A stretch of DNA of 64,000 nt. Origin: Bacteroidales bacterium. GTDB taxonomy: Bacteria > Bacteroidota > Bacteroidia > Bacteroidales > UBA4417. Each line of letters begins with the position of its first letter. Position 1 is the first letter of the stretch. The notes beneath the pieces are model-generated. The model searched no databases, was not told the origin of the DNA, and was given only the letters and a program-made list of their open reading frames with translations. The position numbers and the translations under genes were made by a program. The stretch covers positions 876,440-940,439 of the forward strand of contig OY762227.1 in NCBI GenBank assembly GCA_963665485.1, in the 5' to 3' direction. This document shows, in pieces, positions 36,095 through 46,573 of the stretch.

Positions 36095-37333
36095 TTGAAC
36101 TTTTCAACATTCGGCTTCAGTCCTACCTTAATGGAAGGCATTGAAGCAATAGGCTACGAAGAAGCAACCCCTGTACAGGAATCAGCAATACCGGTAATTC
36201 TCGCAGGACGCGATTTAATCGCTTCGGCACAAACAGGCACCGGGAAAACAGCCGCATTTTTACTTCCGGTTATCGAAAAACTTTCGGCCATGCCGCATGA
36301 TAACCAGGTAAAAGCCATGGTAATTGTACCAACTCGTGAACTTGCCCTGCAGATTGATCAGCAGATGGAAGGATTTTCGTATTACACAAAAGTGAGCTCT
36401 ATTGCCATTTACGGCGGAACTGACGGAACTGTATTTTCGCGCGAAAAACAAGCGCTAACCGAAGGCGCCGATCTTATAGTTTGTACGCCTGGCCGCCTGA
36501 TGGCTCATCTCAACATGGGTTATATAAAATTCCCGGAACTTAAATTCCTGATTCTCGACGAAGCCGATCGTATGCTCGATATGGGATTTCATGAAGATAT
36601 TCTTAAAATTTTATCCTACCTGCCAAAGCAACGCCAGAACCTGATGTTTTCGGCTACCATGCCTTCGAAAATGCGTCACCTGGCAAAACAAATTCTTCAC
36701 GATCCGTTCGAAATTAATATCTCCATTTCCAAACCGGCCGAGAAAATCCTTCAGAAAGCTTACGTGGTATACGATACCCAGAAAATTCCGCTGATTAAAA
36801 TGCTGCTGAAAGAAACGGTAATGAAGCGCGTTTTGATTTTCTGTTCAACCAAGGAAAAAACACGCCAGCTTTACCATGAACTGAAGAAAACTGGGATTAA
36901 AGCCGAAGAAATACATTCCACCCTTGAACAATCAGCCCGCGAAAATGTGATTATTCGTTTCAAAAGCGGCGACATTCCAGTGCTTGTAGCCACCGATATT
37001 GTTTCACGCGGTATTGATATTGAAGATATTGATATGGTTATTAATTTCGACGTTCCTCACGATGCCGAAGATTATATTCACCGTATCGGCCGCACAGCAC
37101 GTGCTTCAGCCGAAGGAACTGCAGTGACTTTTATCAACGAAAGAGACCAGCAGCGGTTTGGCGCCATCGAAACTCTACTGGAACGCGAAATTGAAAAATC
37201 TCCTGTTGCTGAAGAATATGGCGAAACACCAGCCTACAATCCTAAAATAAGGAGGAAAGATGAAGGACGGAAATTTGGCGGGAAAAGGAAGAATGGTAGA
37301 AAACCGGGTAATCCGGGAAAGCGGAAAGGTTAG
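36095..37333 (+). CDS. DEAD-box ATP-dependent RNA helicase
   Basis: Q motif (F...TPVQ), AQTGTGKT, DEAD, SAT and HRIGRTAR, with a basic C-terminal tail. TTG start. Confidence 0.94.
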   Translation: MNFSTFGFSPTLMEGIEAIGYEEATPVQESAIPVILAGRDLIASAQTGTGKTAAFLLPVIEKLSAMPHDNQVKAMVIVPTRELALQIDQQMEGFSYYTKVSSIAIYGGTDGTVFSREKQALTEGADLIVCTPGRLMAHLNMGYIKFPELKFLILDEADRMLDMGFHEDILKILSYLPKQRQNLMFSATMPSKMRHLAKQILHDPFEINISISKPAEKILQKAYVVYDTQKIPLIKMLLKETVMKRVLIFCSTKEKTRQLYHELKKTGIKAEEIHSTLEQSARENVIIRFKSGDIPVLVATDIVSRGIDIEDIDMVINFDVPHDAEDYIHRIGRTARASAEGTAVTFINERDQQRFGAIETLLEREIEKSPVAEEYGETPAYNPKIRRKDEGRKFGGKRKNGRKPGNPGKRKG

Positions 37334-37432
37334 GCTTAAGCTTATCATTTTGAATTATTTCTGGCATGTATTTTGATTTAATAGTGTACTGAATCTTAAA
37401 CCTGAAATTCATTTAAATATAAAATTATTACT

Positions 37433-39235
37433 ATGAAAAAGGCCACAACTGCACTTGTGATCAGTATGATTGCATTTCAATCTTTTACATCTGCTCAGAC
37501 AGAAAAGGAAATTAAATCGAAAATTTCAAACGTAACGGTTTATTCTTCCGGAGCACAGATTGAAAGAACCGCCACATTCGACATACAGCAAGGTAAATCT
37601 CTTTTAGCGTTTAAAAATCTTTCTCCCTATATAAACAAAGAGAGCATAAGGGTGGACGGCGATGGTAACTATACAATATTAAATGTTCAGCTTCAGAATG
37701 ATTACCTAAATGAGCTTGAAAAAACCAAAGAAATAAATGACCTGAATGCCGGGATTCAGCAATACCAGGATAAAATTGAAGATGAAGAAACATGGATTAA
37801 GATACTGACTGAGAAACTGGAATTTCTGAAAGCAAATAAAAGTATTACGGGAAAGGAGCAGTCCGTTAACCCGGAAGTTTTCAAATCCCTGAACCTGATT
37901 TACGGTGAGAATTTTGAGAAATATTCCCTGGAAGTGCTGAAAAGAAAACGCCTGATAAAAGACTATACCAAAGAAACCGAAAAACTCGAAAATCAACTCA
38001 GCACATTGAATTCGAAGAGCGAGCTTCCATCAGGCACTATTACTATTATGGTGGATGCTAAAAAAGCGCAAAACTCAACCATCAAATTAGACTACCTGGT
38101 TGATAATGCGAGATGGTACCCTTCGTACGACATTCGCTTTGTAGATATTAACAAACCGCTAACTGTTTCATTTAAAGCGAATATCAGCCAGAATACGGGT
38201 GTGGACTGGAAGAATGTGGATTTAAAGCTTGCTACAGCCAAAACCAATGTATCCGCTCAAATTCCTTATCTGAATGCAAATTACCTGCAATTTTACTATC
38301 CGGGTTACTCTAATGATATGTTACAAGGAAAAGTTTCCGGTGTTCAACTTTCAAATAATGCCGGTTCTGTTGGAGCCTCATCTGAATTAAAAATTCGAGG
38401 AATTGCTTCACTTAATGGTAACAATACACCACTTTATGTTGTGGATGGTGTACCTCAATCCGATGTTTCTTCCTTAAATCCTGATGAGATAGAAAGTGTG
38501 AATGTATTAAAGGATGCTGCGTCAACGGCACTTTATGGATCTCGTGGTACAAATGGTGTTGTTATTATTACAACGAAGCAGGATTCAGATAAATCAGATG
38601 TTCCTTTAACTATTACAGCTAAAAACGAGACTTCAAATGAATATATTGTTGATTCTCAGCAATCCGTAAACTCTGATAACAAACTCAATTCAATAACTTT
38701 CAGGGAAACACAACTGAATGCAACTTATGAATATCAATCCATTCCCAAATTATCAAAAAATGTATACCTGGTAGCTAAAATCAACGATTGGTATAAAGCC
38801 GATTTAATGGATGGTGAGGCAAATATCTACCTTGAAAATTCGTATGTCGGAAAATCCAGGATCAACACTCAACAGTTCAGCGATACACTGGATATTTCCT
38901 TTGGTATTGATAATAACATCAGTGTTAACAGGGAGAAAATTAAGGAATTCTCGCAATCTGAATTTATAGGTTCAAATAAAAAAGCAACGTACGCATGGAA
39001 ATTAACCATACGTAACAATAAGCCTTATGCCATTAAAGCCAAACTGTTCGACCAGGTCCCGGTTTCGTCCAATAAGGATATACAGGTTGAAACTCTTGAG
39101 CTTTCGGGCGGAGTTATGAATGAAAATACAGGTAAAGTTGTTTGGACTATTGATTTGAAACCTAACGAAACAAAGCAAGTGATACTGAAATACTCAGTAA
39201 AATCACCTAAAGATAAAACGGTGCTGGTTGATTAG
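37433..39235 (+). CDS. MuiA-family (DUF4140/DUF4139) secreted protein with embedded TonB-plug-like segment
   Basis: Signal peptide. N-terminal VTVYSSGAQIERTA (DUF4140-like), a coiled-coil, then a DUF4139-like C-terminus. Residues ~296-382 read like a SusC/TonB plug N-terminus (LYVVDGVP...VNVLKDAASTALYGSRGTNGVVIITTK). Confidence 0.78.
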   Translation: MKKATTALVISMIAFQSFTSAQTEKEIKSKISNVTVYSSGAQIERTATFDIQQGKSLLAFKNLSPYINKESIRVDGDGNYTILNVQLQNDYLNELEKTKEINDLNAGIQQYQDKIEDEETWIKILTEKLEFLKANKSITGKEQSVNPEVFKSLNLIYGENFEKYSLEVLKRKRLIKDYTKETEKLENQLSTLNSKSELPSGTITIMVDAKKAQNSTIKLDYLVDNARWYPSYDIRFVDINKPLTVSFKANISQNTGVDWKNVDLKLATAKTNVSAQIPYLNANYLQFYYPGYSNDMLQGKVSGVQLSNNAGSVGASSELKIRGIASLNGNNTPLYVVDGVPQSDVSSLNPDEIESVNVLKDAASTALYGSRGTNGVVIITTKQDSDKSDVPLTITAKNETSNEYIVDSQQSVNSDNKLNSITFRETQLNATYEYQSIPKLSKNVYLVAKINDWYKADLMDGEANIYLENSYVGKSRINTQQFSDTLDISFGIDNNISVNREKIKEFSQSEFIGSNKKATYAWKLTIRNNKPYAIKAKLFDQVPVSSNKDIQVETLELSGGVMNENTGKVVWTIDLKPNETKQVILKYSVKSPKDKTVLVD

Positions 39236-39246
39236 AATCAGAGGTC

Positions 39247-40632
39247 TTATTTCTTCCCTTCCCTCCGCTCATCCCAAAGTTCCTTAAAACTTTTTGGTGC
39301 CACTTCGGGTAATTCCCGGCGTGGTCCCCAGGCTGCGGCAAAAAACTTCTTAAGCGCTTTATTTTTGTTTTTGCCGCTGAGCATATCAATATATTTGCGT
39401 TTGCCCATAGCCGTTTTGTATGCGTACATCACGGTTTTATCAAAACGGCTGGCAAACCCTTCTTTTACCGAATCGTTTCGGTTGTATAACAGCAATTCGT
39501 GGAGGTTGATTTTAACCGGGCATACTTCGGTGCAGGCTCCACAAAGGGAAGAAGCGAAACTCAGGTGTTTAAAATCCTTCATTCCCCGCATCCATGGTGT
39601 GATAACGGATCCGATTGGTCCGCTGTAAGTGGTTCCGTAAGCGTGTCCGCCTATGCTTTTATACACAGGGCAAACATTTAAACATGCACCACAACGGATA
39701 CAACCTAAAGCACGGCGTTGGTTTTTATGAGCCAGTATTTCAGTGCGGTTGTTATCGAGCAGGATCACATACATTTCTTCCGGACCGTCGTTTTCGCCTT
39801 CCTGTCGCGGACCGGTAATAATTGAATTATAAACAGTCATATTCTGGCCGGTTCCGTGTGTTGCCAGTAAAGGCCAGAAGAGATCAAGGTCGCGGAGTTT
39901 GGGAATAAGTTTTTCGATTCCTGCAATTACAATATGCACTTTCGGAAACGACATACTCATCAATGCGTTGCCTTCGTTTTCAGTAAGGCATACAGCTCCT
40001 ATATCGGCCACCAGGAAATTGGCTCCTGTTATTCCTATATCAGCATTGAAAAATTTCTCACGTAACAAGCTTCTGACATAAGTAGTAATTTGCTGCGGTG
40101 TACTGTTGGCATCCAAACCAAATTTCTCATTAAAAAGCTCAGCCACCTGTTCTTTCGATTTGTGCATGGCCGGGGTAACAATATGGTAGGGCTTTTCGCC
40201 GGCAAGCTGAACGATATATTCTCCAAGATCTGTTTCGAGTGATTCTATCCCTGCCTTTTCGAGGTGCTCGTTTAATGCAATTTCCTCGGTGACCATCGTT
40301 TTGCTTTTCACAATATGCTTAGCCTGTTGCTTTTTCACAATTTTAAGCACCTCATTCACCGCTTCGGCACCATCCTGGGCCCAGATTACTTTACCACCCC
40401 TGGATTGAAAAGCTGATTCGAAGTCAACCAGGTATTTAGGCATATCTGTAATTACCTTGTTTTTAATATGCGCGGCACGATTTTTAGCTAATTCAAGATT
40501 GCAATATTGTTCCTTTCCTTTTACAACAGCGGCATCGTAACGCGAAATATTAAATGCGAGTATTGCCCTGTGTGTTTTATCAAACGCTGTTTTTTCGCTG
40601 TCGGTTACAAACCTGGTATAGGAATCACTCAT
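39247..40632 (-). CDS. lutB: LutB/LldF-family iron-sulfur lactate-utilisation protein
   Basis: LUD-type N-terminal region plus two ferredoxin motifs (CIRCGACLNVCPVY, CGACTEVCPVKI). Confidence 0.85.
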   Translation of the reverse strand: MSDSYTRFVTDSEKTAFDKTHRAILAFNISRYDAAVVKGKEQYCNLELAKNRAAHIKNKVITDMPKYLVDFESAFQSRGGKVIWAQDGAEAVNEVLKIVKKQQAKHIVKSKTMVTEEIALNEHLEKAGIESLETDLGEYIVQLAGEKPYHIVTPAMHKSKEQVAELFNEKFGLDANSTPQQITTYVRSLLREKFFNADIGITGANFLVADIGAVCLTENEGNALMSMSFPKVHIVIAGIEKLIPKLRDLDLFWPLLATHGTGQNMTVYNSIITGPRQEGENDGPEEMYVILLDNNRTEILAHKNQRRALGCIRCGACLNVCPVYKSIGGHAYGTTYSGPIGSVITPWMRGMKDFKHLSFASSLCGACTEVCPVKINLHELLLYNRNDSVKEGFASRFDKTVMYAYKTAMGKRKYIDMLSGKNKNKALKKFFAAAWGPRRELPEVAPKSFKELWDERREGKK

Positions 40633-40706
40633 GAAGTTTCAATTAAAGTACGAGTTAATTTTAGTGTGATGTAAACCTGTGTTTCAAAGGTATTATCATC
40701 AATTAG

Positions 40707-41153
40707 CTACTGCAAAGGTATTTTATCAATCCGGGTTTTATGCCTTCCGCCTTCGAATTCAGCAGTTAAAAATTCATTTACGGCACTTAGCGCCTCATAT
40801 TGTGAAATATACCTTCCGGGTAAACATATTACATTTGCATCGTTATGCTGGCGGGCAAGCCGTGCTATTTCGGTATTCCAGCACAATGCCGCTCGTATAC
40901 CTGCATGTTTGTTTGCCGTCATACAAATTCCGTTGCCGCTGCCGCAAATCAGGATTGCCATTGGATACTGACCGTTTTCAACAGCCGAAGCCACCGGATG
41001 GGCAACATCAGGATAATCTATACTATCCGGTGTATATGACCCAAAATCCCGCACTGAATACCCTGATTCAGCGAGTTTTATCTTAATATATTCCTTCAGT
41101 TCGTAACCACCCTGATCACAGCCTAAAGCTATAGTTTTCGATTTGTCAACCAT
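40707..41153 (-). CDS. rpiB: ribose-5-phosphate isomerase B
   Basis: 148 aa. IALGCDQGGYELK and ICGSGNGICMTANK blocks of the RpiB/LacAB family. Confidence 0.93.
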   Translation of the reverse strand: MVDKSKTIALGCDQGGYELKEYIKIKLAESGYSVRDFGSYTPDSIDYPDVAHPVASAVENGQYPMAILICGSGNGICMTANKHAGIRAALCWNTEIARLARQHNDANVICLPGRYISQYEALSAVNEFLTAEFEGGRHKTRIDKIPLQ

Positions 41154-41698
41154 TGTTAGTAAGTTATTAATTGTAAAAAATCAGTGAAATGGAATATAGC
41201 TCATTTGCTTTCATAATTAACCACTTACACTATGAAACAAAAGTACATCCAAAAACAAGTTAATTCATTATCAGGTGAATAGATTTATTAAACAATTATT
41301 GTTAATAAGTGCTTACTTTTGTTACTAAAATGTGCATAGAATTTGCTTGCTCTTAACAATTAATTCACAGGTACAGGTTGGAGTGGGTGCCGCAAAAAGT
41401 TTGCTCTAGTTATGAGTCTTTTTGCAACATGCTATGAACATTTTTTACCTGTTTGTAAGATGTAAATTTTATAACCGGGGTTGCAATGAACAGATTGTTA
41501 ACAACTACAGTAAAGAGATAAATATCAGAACTTAAACCTCGTTACAATTGTTTATAACCTGTGAATAAACACTTGCTTGCAACAATAAAAAATAAAAACT
41601 GTAAAAACTGCTAACACTATGAACAGACTAATATTAATAACATATTAATTAAATAAAAAGAAATAATTATTATTTACTGAATAAGAAAGGTTGGAAAA

Positions 41699-42634
41699 AT
41701 GGAGAATGAAGAACTGATAAAAAAAATTCAGAAACTAAAGAAAGAAAAGAATGCGGTAATCCTGGCTCATTATTACCAGGTGGCCGAAATTCAGGATATC
41801 GCCGACTTTATTGGCGACAGTTTACAACTTTCGCAAAAAGCTGCCGAAACTGCCGCCGACATTATTGTTTTTGCCGGAGTTCATTTTATGGCCGAAACGG
41901 CGAAAATATTGTCGCCTTCAAAAAAAGTGCTTTTGCCGGATCTTGACGCTGGTTGTTCTTTGGCTGCCAGTGCGCCTGAAAAAGAATTTTCCGATTTTGT
42001 TAAACAACATCCTGAACATAAAGTAATTACGTATATAAATTGTACCGCTGCAGTAAAAATGTGGTCGGATGTAATAGTGACTTCCAGTAATGCGGTTAAA
42101 ATTGTTGAATCCTTTCCAAAAGATCAGAAACTTATTTTTGCACCGGATAAAAACCTTGGCGCTTATATAAATGGATTAACCGGCCGCGAAATGCTACTTT
42201 GGGATGGTGCTTGCGAAGTGCACGAAACCATCCGTACCGAAAGCATTCTGAAACTAAAAGAGGAACATCCTGATGCTAAACTTATTGCCCATCCTGAATG
42301 TAAAAGGCCGGTTTTAATACTTGCTGATTTTGTTGGTTCAACCGCTGCAATGCTCGATTTTACTGCTAAGGATAGTTGTCAGAAGTTTATAGTCGCCACC
42401 GAAACCGGGATAATTCACCAGATGCAAAAACTATCGCCGGATAAACAATTTATTGTTGTTCCTTCGGATGAAACTTGTGCCTGCAACGATTGTCCGTATA
42501 TGAAGTTGAATACACTGGAGAAATTATATCTTTGTATGCTTAACGAAAAACCTGAAATTACTTTATCCAACGAAGTTATGGAAAAAGCTAAAATGCCTAT
42601 ATTACGTATGCTCGAATTGTCAAAGAACAGGTAG
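41699..42634 (+). CDS. nadA: quinolinate synthase
   Basis: 311 aa. [29 protein letters not shown] and three Cys contexts typical of NadA. Confidence 0.94.
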   Translation: MENEELIKKIQKLKKEKNAVILAHYYQVAEIQDIADFIGDSLQLSQKAAETAADIIVFAGVHFMAETAKILSPSKKVLLPDLDAGCSLAASAPEKEFSDFVKQHPEHKVITYINCTAAVKMWSDVIVTSSNAVKIVESFPKDQKLIFAPDKNLGAYINGLTGREMLLWDGACEVHETIRTESILKLKEEHPDAKLIAHPECKRPVLILADFVGSTAAMLDFTAKDSCQKFIVATETGIIHQMQKLSPDKQFIVVPSDETCACNDCPYMKLNTLEKLYLCMLNEKPEITLSNEVMEKAKMPILRMLELSKNR

Positions 42635-42691
42635 GGTTGGAAAATAGAAAATTGTTAATGGAAAATAGCTTATAGTGAAGTGCATTAACAA

Positions 42692-44344
42692 TTGAATTTT
42701 AAGAATTTAAAGTTTAGTGTAAAATCATTCGAAATGAAGCCTGTTTTCCATTTTCCATTTTCTATTAACTTTAAAAAAACTTTACAAAATTACTTTGTAT
42801 TCACTTCAAAAAGTATTTTGTTGAAAACTCTGGTTTTGCTTGCTTTTTCTTTGTTGTTTGTTGTTTCTTCCCATGCACAGGAACAACAAATAAATACTGT
42901 CACTGATGGAATTGCAAAATTCTATTATCCGAATGGAAAGCTTTCGAGCGAAGGAACCATGCAAGGAGGAAAACCTGACGGATACTGGAAAACTTACTTT
43001 GAAAACGGGGTGATTAAATCGGAAGGAAACCGTAAAAATTTTTTGCTCGACAGTGTTTGGAAATTTTATAATGATTCAGCCAAACTGTTAGTTTCAATTA
43101 CCTATTCTGCTGATAAAAAGAATGGGTTAAAAACTACCTACCGTGAAGGCGAAATGACTACCGAAACCTTTGTAAACGATATCAAGCAAGGTCCTACCAC
43201 GTATTTTTATCCGAATGGAAAAGTCCGTTTGATTGTAAATTATGTTGATGGTCTTGAAAATGGAATAGCCCGCGAACTCGATACTGATGGAAGTGTTATA
43301 ACTTACATGGAATACAAAAAAGGATTCCTGGTAAGCCGTGAACGAATTAACCGAAAAGACAGCAAAGGCTTAAAGCAGGGACGTTGGAAATATTTTTACG
43401 ATAACAATATAGTAAAACTGGAAGGAACCTATAAAGACGACAAGAAGAACGGCTATTTTAAAGACTATGATGAAAACGGAAGCTTGTTAACTATCAAAAA
43501 GTTCGTTAATGATGTTGAGCAGGTTCAGGCACAGGAAATCACCAGCCTGAAATTAAAAACAGATTATTATCCCAGCGGAAAAGTTAAAACCATTGCCAGT
43601 TATAACGGCGATGTTCCCGAAGGTGTGCGTCGCGAATACAGTGAGGACGGTAAAATTACAGCCGGTTATATTTTTACAAAAGGAGCGCTTACAGGCGAAG
43701 GTATTGTGGATGAAGAAGGAAATAAAGATGGAGACTGGCGCGAATATTACCAAGATAAAACAGTACGTTCAATTGGTACGTATTCCAAAGGAAAGCCTGT
43801 TGGTAACTGGAAGTATTATTATGAAAACGGAAAACTCGAATCGGAAGGAAAATATACGAAAACCGGTTTGTTGGATGGTACCTGGCGCTGGTATTTTGAG
43901 GATGCAAGTATAAGGCGCATCCAATCTTATATTGGAGGAATGGAAGATGGTGAGTATGAAGAACACGATGAAACCGGGCGATTGATTGTTAAAGGGCAAT
44001 TTGCTGAAGGCGTGGAAGAAGGAGAATGGGTGTATGATTTTGGTAACTACCGTGAACTTGGAAGTTATAAAGGCGGTGCGCGTTTCGGGAAATGGAAATC
44101 GTATTATGCTGATGGAACACTTAAGTTTGAAGGCGAATATATCGACGATAACCTGAATGGAAAAGTTAGCTGGTACTGGCCAACCGGTAAATTAAAAGAC
44201 CAGGGCAATTATCTTAACGGCAGCCGCGAGGGTGACTGGATCACATTTAATGAAGACGGAACTCCTTTCCTGATCATTACGTATCGTGGTGATGTTGAAA
44301 AACGCTATGATGGAATTGTGATTAAACCGGCGTTTGAGGAATAG
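42692..44344 (+). CDS. MORN-variant (YwqK-like) repeat protein, secreted
   Basis: Many copies of the G.W..Y..NG.l..eG.Y..g...G motif. Signal peptide ends SSHAQ. The start may be the ATG at 42734. Confidence 0.82.
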   Translation: MNFKNLKFSVKSFEMKPVFHFPFSINFKKTLQNYFVFTSKSILLKTLVLLAFSLLFVVSSHAQEQQINTVTDGIAKFYYPNGKLSSEGTMQGGKPDGYWKTYFENGVIKSEGNRKNFLLDSVWKFYNDSAKLLVSITYSADKKNGLKTTYREGEMTTETFVNDIKQGPTTYFYPNGKVRLIVNYVDGLENGIARELDTDGSVITYMEYKKGFLVSRERINRKDSKGLKQGRWKYFYDNNIVKLEGTYKDDKKNGYFKDYDENGSLLTIKKFVNDVEQVQAQEITSLKLKTDYYPSGKVKTIASYNGDVPEGVRREYSEDGKITAGYIFTKGALTGEGIVDEEGNKDGDWREYYQDKTVRSIGTYSKGKPVGNWKYYYENGKLESEGKYTKTGLLDGTWRWYFEDASIRRIQSYIGGMEDGEYEEHDETGRLIVKGQFAEGVEEGEWVYDFGNYRELGSYKGGARFGKWKSYYADGTLKFEGEYIDDNLNGKVSWYWPTGKLKDQGNYLNGSREGDWITFNEDGTPFLIITYRGDVEKRYDGIVIKPAFEE

Positions 44345-44358
44345 AATTATTTTTAGAC

Positions 44359-44811
44359 TTGATTACTTTTTTTGAAAACAGGACAGCCGGATATTTTAAC
44401 ATAATTTCCATAATATTAAATAGTTATACCTCTATGAATTCAGACGCTATTAAACTTGATATTACTGAACAGATTTCAAAAACGAATGAGAGCTTATCAA
44501 ATTATTGGGGATCTCCATGGTTTAAGGGAATATTGGAAGAAGACCTGGATTCACTTAAAAATGTGCATAAAAAAGTGACGAGGTATTATAAAATGCAATT
44601 AGTTATGTCTGTATTATTATCCGGATCTATTCTAGTTATTTTATTATTAAATTCTTTGGAAATTTTACATAAAGATCTGAATAAAGCTGGATTACTTATA
44701 CTATTCATGATTACCTATTTGCTAGGTTTTTACAGATACTACAAAGTAAAAGTTAACCTTGAGCACAAAATCTATTTGCTTGGTCTTAGGAGCAAAATTG
44801 ATAAGCATTAA
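44359..44811 (+). CDS. hypothetical membrane protein
   Basis: Two C-terminal TM helices. The likelier start is the ATG at 44434. No family recognised. Confidence 0.5.
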   Translation: MITFFENRTAGYFNIISIILNSYTSMNSDAIKLDITEQISKTNESLSNYWGSPWFKGILEEDLDSLKNVHKKVTRYYKMQLVMSVLLSGSILVILLLNSLEILHKDLNKAGLLILFMITYLLGFYRYYKVKVNLEHKIYLLGLRSKIDKH

Positions 44812-45290
44812 AATCAGACTTCATTCTGAGCCCTTCAATAAACATTATCTAAAATGTTCATTTTATACGAATTGCGGTCATTCTTTGCACAGTAGTAGTT
44901 TGCCAGTAATTACATTCCATTAAATTTTACCACCACAAATCGAAAAAGGCAAAACGCTGATGAAAGTGCCTGAGGAGCGGTGTACTACCCGAGGGTATTC
45001 CGACAAGGAAAAGGATCTCCAGGATATTTCGAACGTGCTGTGGGCAGCTTAGGCTATAAATCAGGTATTGGAAATACTTAAAGCTTCAAGTGATTCTTAA
45101 ATGGACAAAATTTTGAGTTAGATTCATTTCAGAGCCAAATTTTTATTTTCTGGCTTTTCGTTTTCATACAATACATGAATTCGATTGAAAAATAAATATT
45201 TATTAAAAAAGTTGTATTTGTTAAATTGTAACATATATTTGTATATGCCATATCTATATAAATTAATTAATTCACACTAAATCCCTGGTT

Positions 45291-45947
45291 ATGAAAAAGC
45301 TGCTTGTCATTATTGTTAGCGCAATAATTCTCATCACATGTTTTTCTTGTGAAAAACTTCTTAAAAAAGATGATCCCTCAGTATTGAACGGTAACCAGTC
45401 CTCAATGGGTAAGGTCGGAGTTACGGTCGAATCAAGTTCTGTGGAAATTGCTGGAATAAGCAATTGTACAGCCTCAGTTACTGCATTGGAAGGTGGAGTA
45501 TCTTCTTACAGCGGTTCGGCTACAGTTAAAAATGTTTTATTGAAAAACCTGGTGGCCAATATACCAGGAATTACTATTAACGGGGATAAGGTTACGGCGA
45601 CTAATATACAGTTTAAGTTAACAGATGAAGGCTTTGAATGCAAGACTGGTCCAGCAGCCGGAGTATTAGTCAAGTACGATTCCAATGTTGGGGATACCTA
45701 CCCGATCGGTTCAACTGGTAAAGTCAGGACGGTTGTAGCTAAAACAGGACTTGACGATTATCCTTACGGTTTTTATTTAATCAAAGTAATACAAGTTGAG
45801 GAAAATCCCAGTTATCTCAAGAGTGGCTCCGGAATTACCAAAATTACATACGTAGCCAATCACAAATATGGGCTTGTTGGAGTTAAAGTGGCAATGGATG
45901 ACGGAACAAGTTCCACGTTTCCAATTTATACCAGTGCTGAAAATTAA
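45291..45947 (+). CDS. hypothetical lipoprotein
   Basis: Lipobox ITCFSC. No family recognised. Confidence 0.62.
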   Translation: MKKLLVIIVSAIILITCFSCEKLLKKDDPSVLNGNQSSMGKVGVTVESSSVEIAGISNCTASVTALEGGVSSYSGSATVKNVLLKNLVANIPGITINGDKVTATNIQFKLTDEGFECKTGPAAGVLVKYDSNVGDTYPIGSTGKVRTVVAKTGLDDYPYGFYLIKVIQVEENPSYLKSGSGITKITYVANHKYGLVGVKVAMDDGTSSTFPIYTSAEN

Positions 45948-45986
45948 TCCTGAGAATTTTGTTTAGCCAAGTGCGAATGAAATTTA

Positions 45987-46469
45987 ATGGTAAATTCATA
46001 TTTCGAAAACCTTGTCTACATGAAAAAATTCTTATTACCCTATCCCTGGAAATTCGCCGGTATATTTTTAAGCCTTTGCGGTATTGTGTTGGCCATTTTT
46101 TATTTATGGTTTGATTTCAGGTTTACTTTGCCTGTATTTGCTGCATATTCTTCATTTCTGGAAACAAAAATGTTTACCACCTTCAGTACTAACTTTGCTG
46201 ATGATCTTATCCTTTTACTTCTTCTTATCGGTTTAGGACTGATTGTGTTTACAAAGGAGAAAATTGAAACTGAACAAATGGATTTATTTCGGACAAAAGC
46301 AGCCGCATTTGCCTTCATTGCAAATATTATTTTTCTTATTTTCTCAGTACTGTTTATCTTCGGAAGCGGGTTTATCGGTGTCCTTGTTCTGAATCTTTTC
46401 TCATTGCCAATATTATACCTGATCATTTTTAACTTTCTGAAACGAAAGCAGCGGGATAATATTCACTAA
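45987..46469 (+). CDS. hypothetical membrane protein
   Basis: Four predicted TM helices. The likelier start is the ATG at 46020 (MKKFLLPYPWKF). Confidence 0.6.
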   Translation: MVNSYFENLVYMKKFLLPYPWKFAGIFLSLCGIVLAIFYLWFDFRFTLPVFAAYSSFLETKMFTTFSTNFADDLILLLLLIGLGLIVFTKEKIETEQMDLFRTKAAAFAFIANIIFLIFSVLFIFGSGFIGVLVLNLFSLPILYLIIFNFLKRKQRDNIH

Positions 46470-46480
46470 GCAAAATAAGT

Positions 46481-46520
46481 AAAAACAGCCTGACTCAACC
46501 TTTACGTCAGGCTGTTTTTA
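46481..46520. terminator. bidirectional intrinsic terminator
   Basis: aaaaacagcctgac-N11-gtcaggctgttttt lies between convergent genes, with an A-run 5' and a T-run 3'. Confidence 0.78.
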
Positions 46521-46573
46521 TCAGGAAATCAATTCTTATCCCGGAATGCTTGTTACCGGAATATATCAGCTCC

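Noticed and set aside
42640-42790. Inverted repeats of GGAAAATAG / CTATTTTCC-like sequence around the start of the MORN-repeat gene
   Set aside because: The arms are imperfect and far apart, and one arm lies inside the probable coding region. It is not convincing as a terminator or operator.
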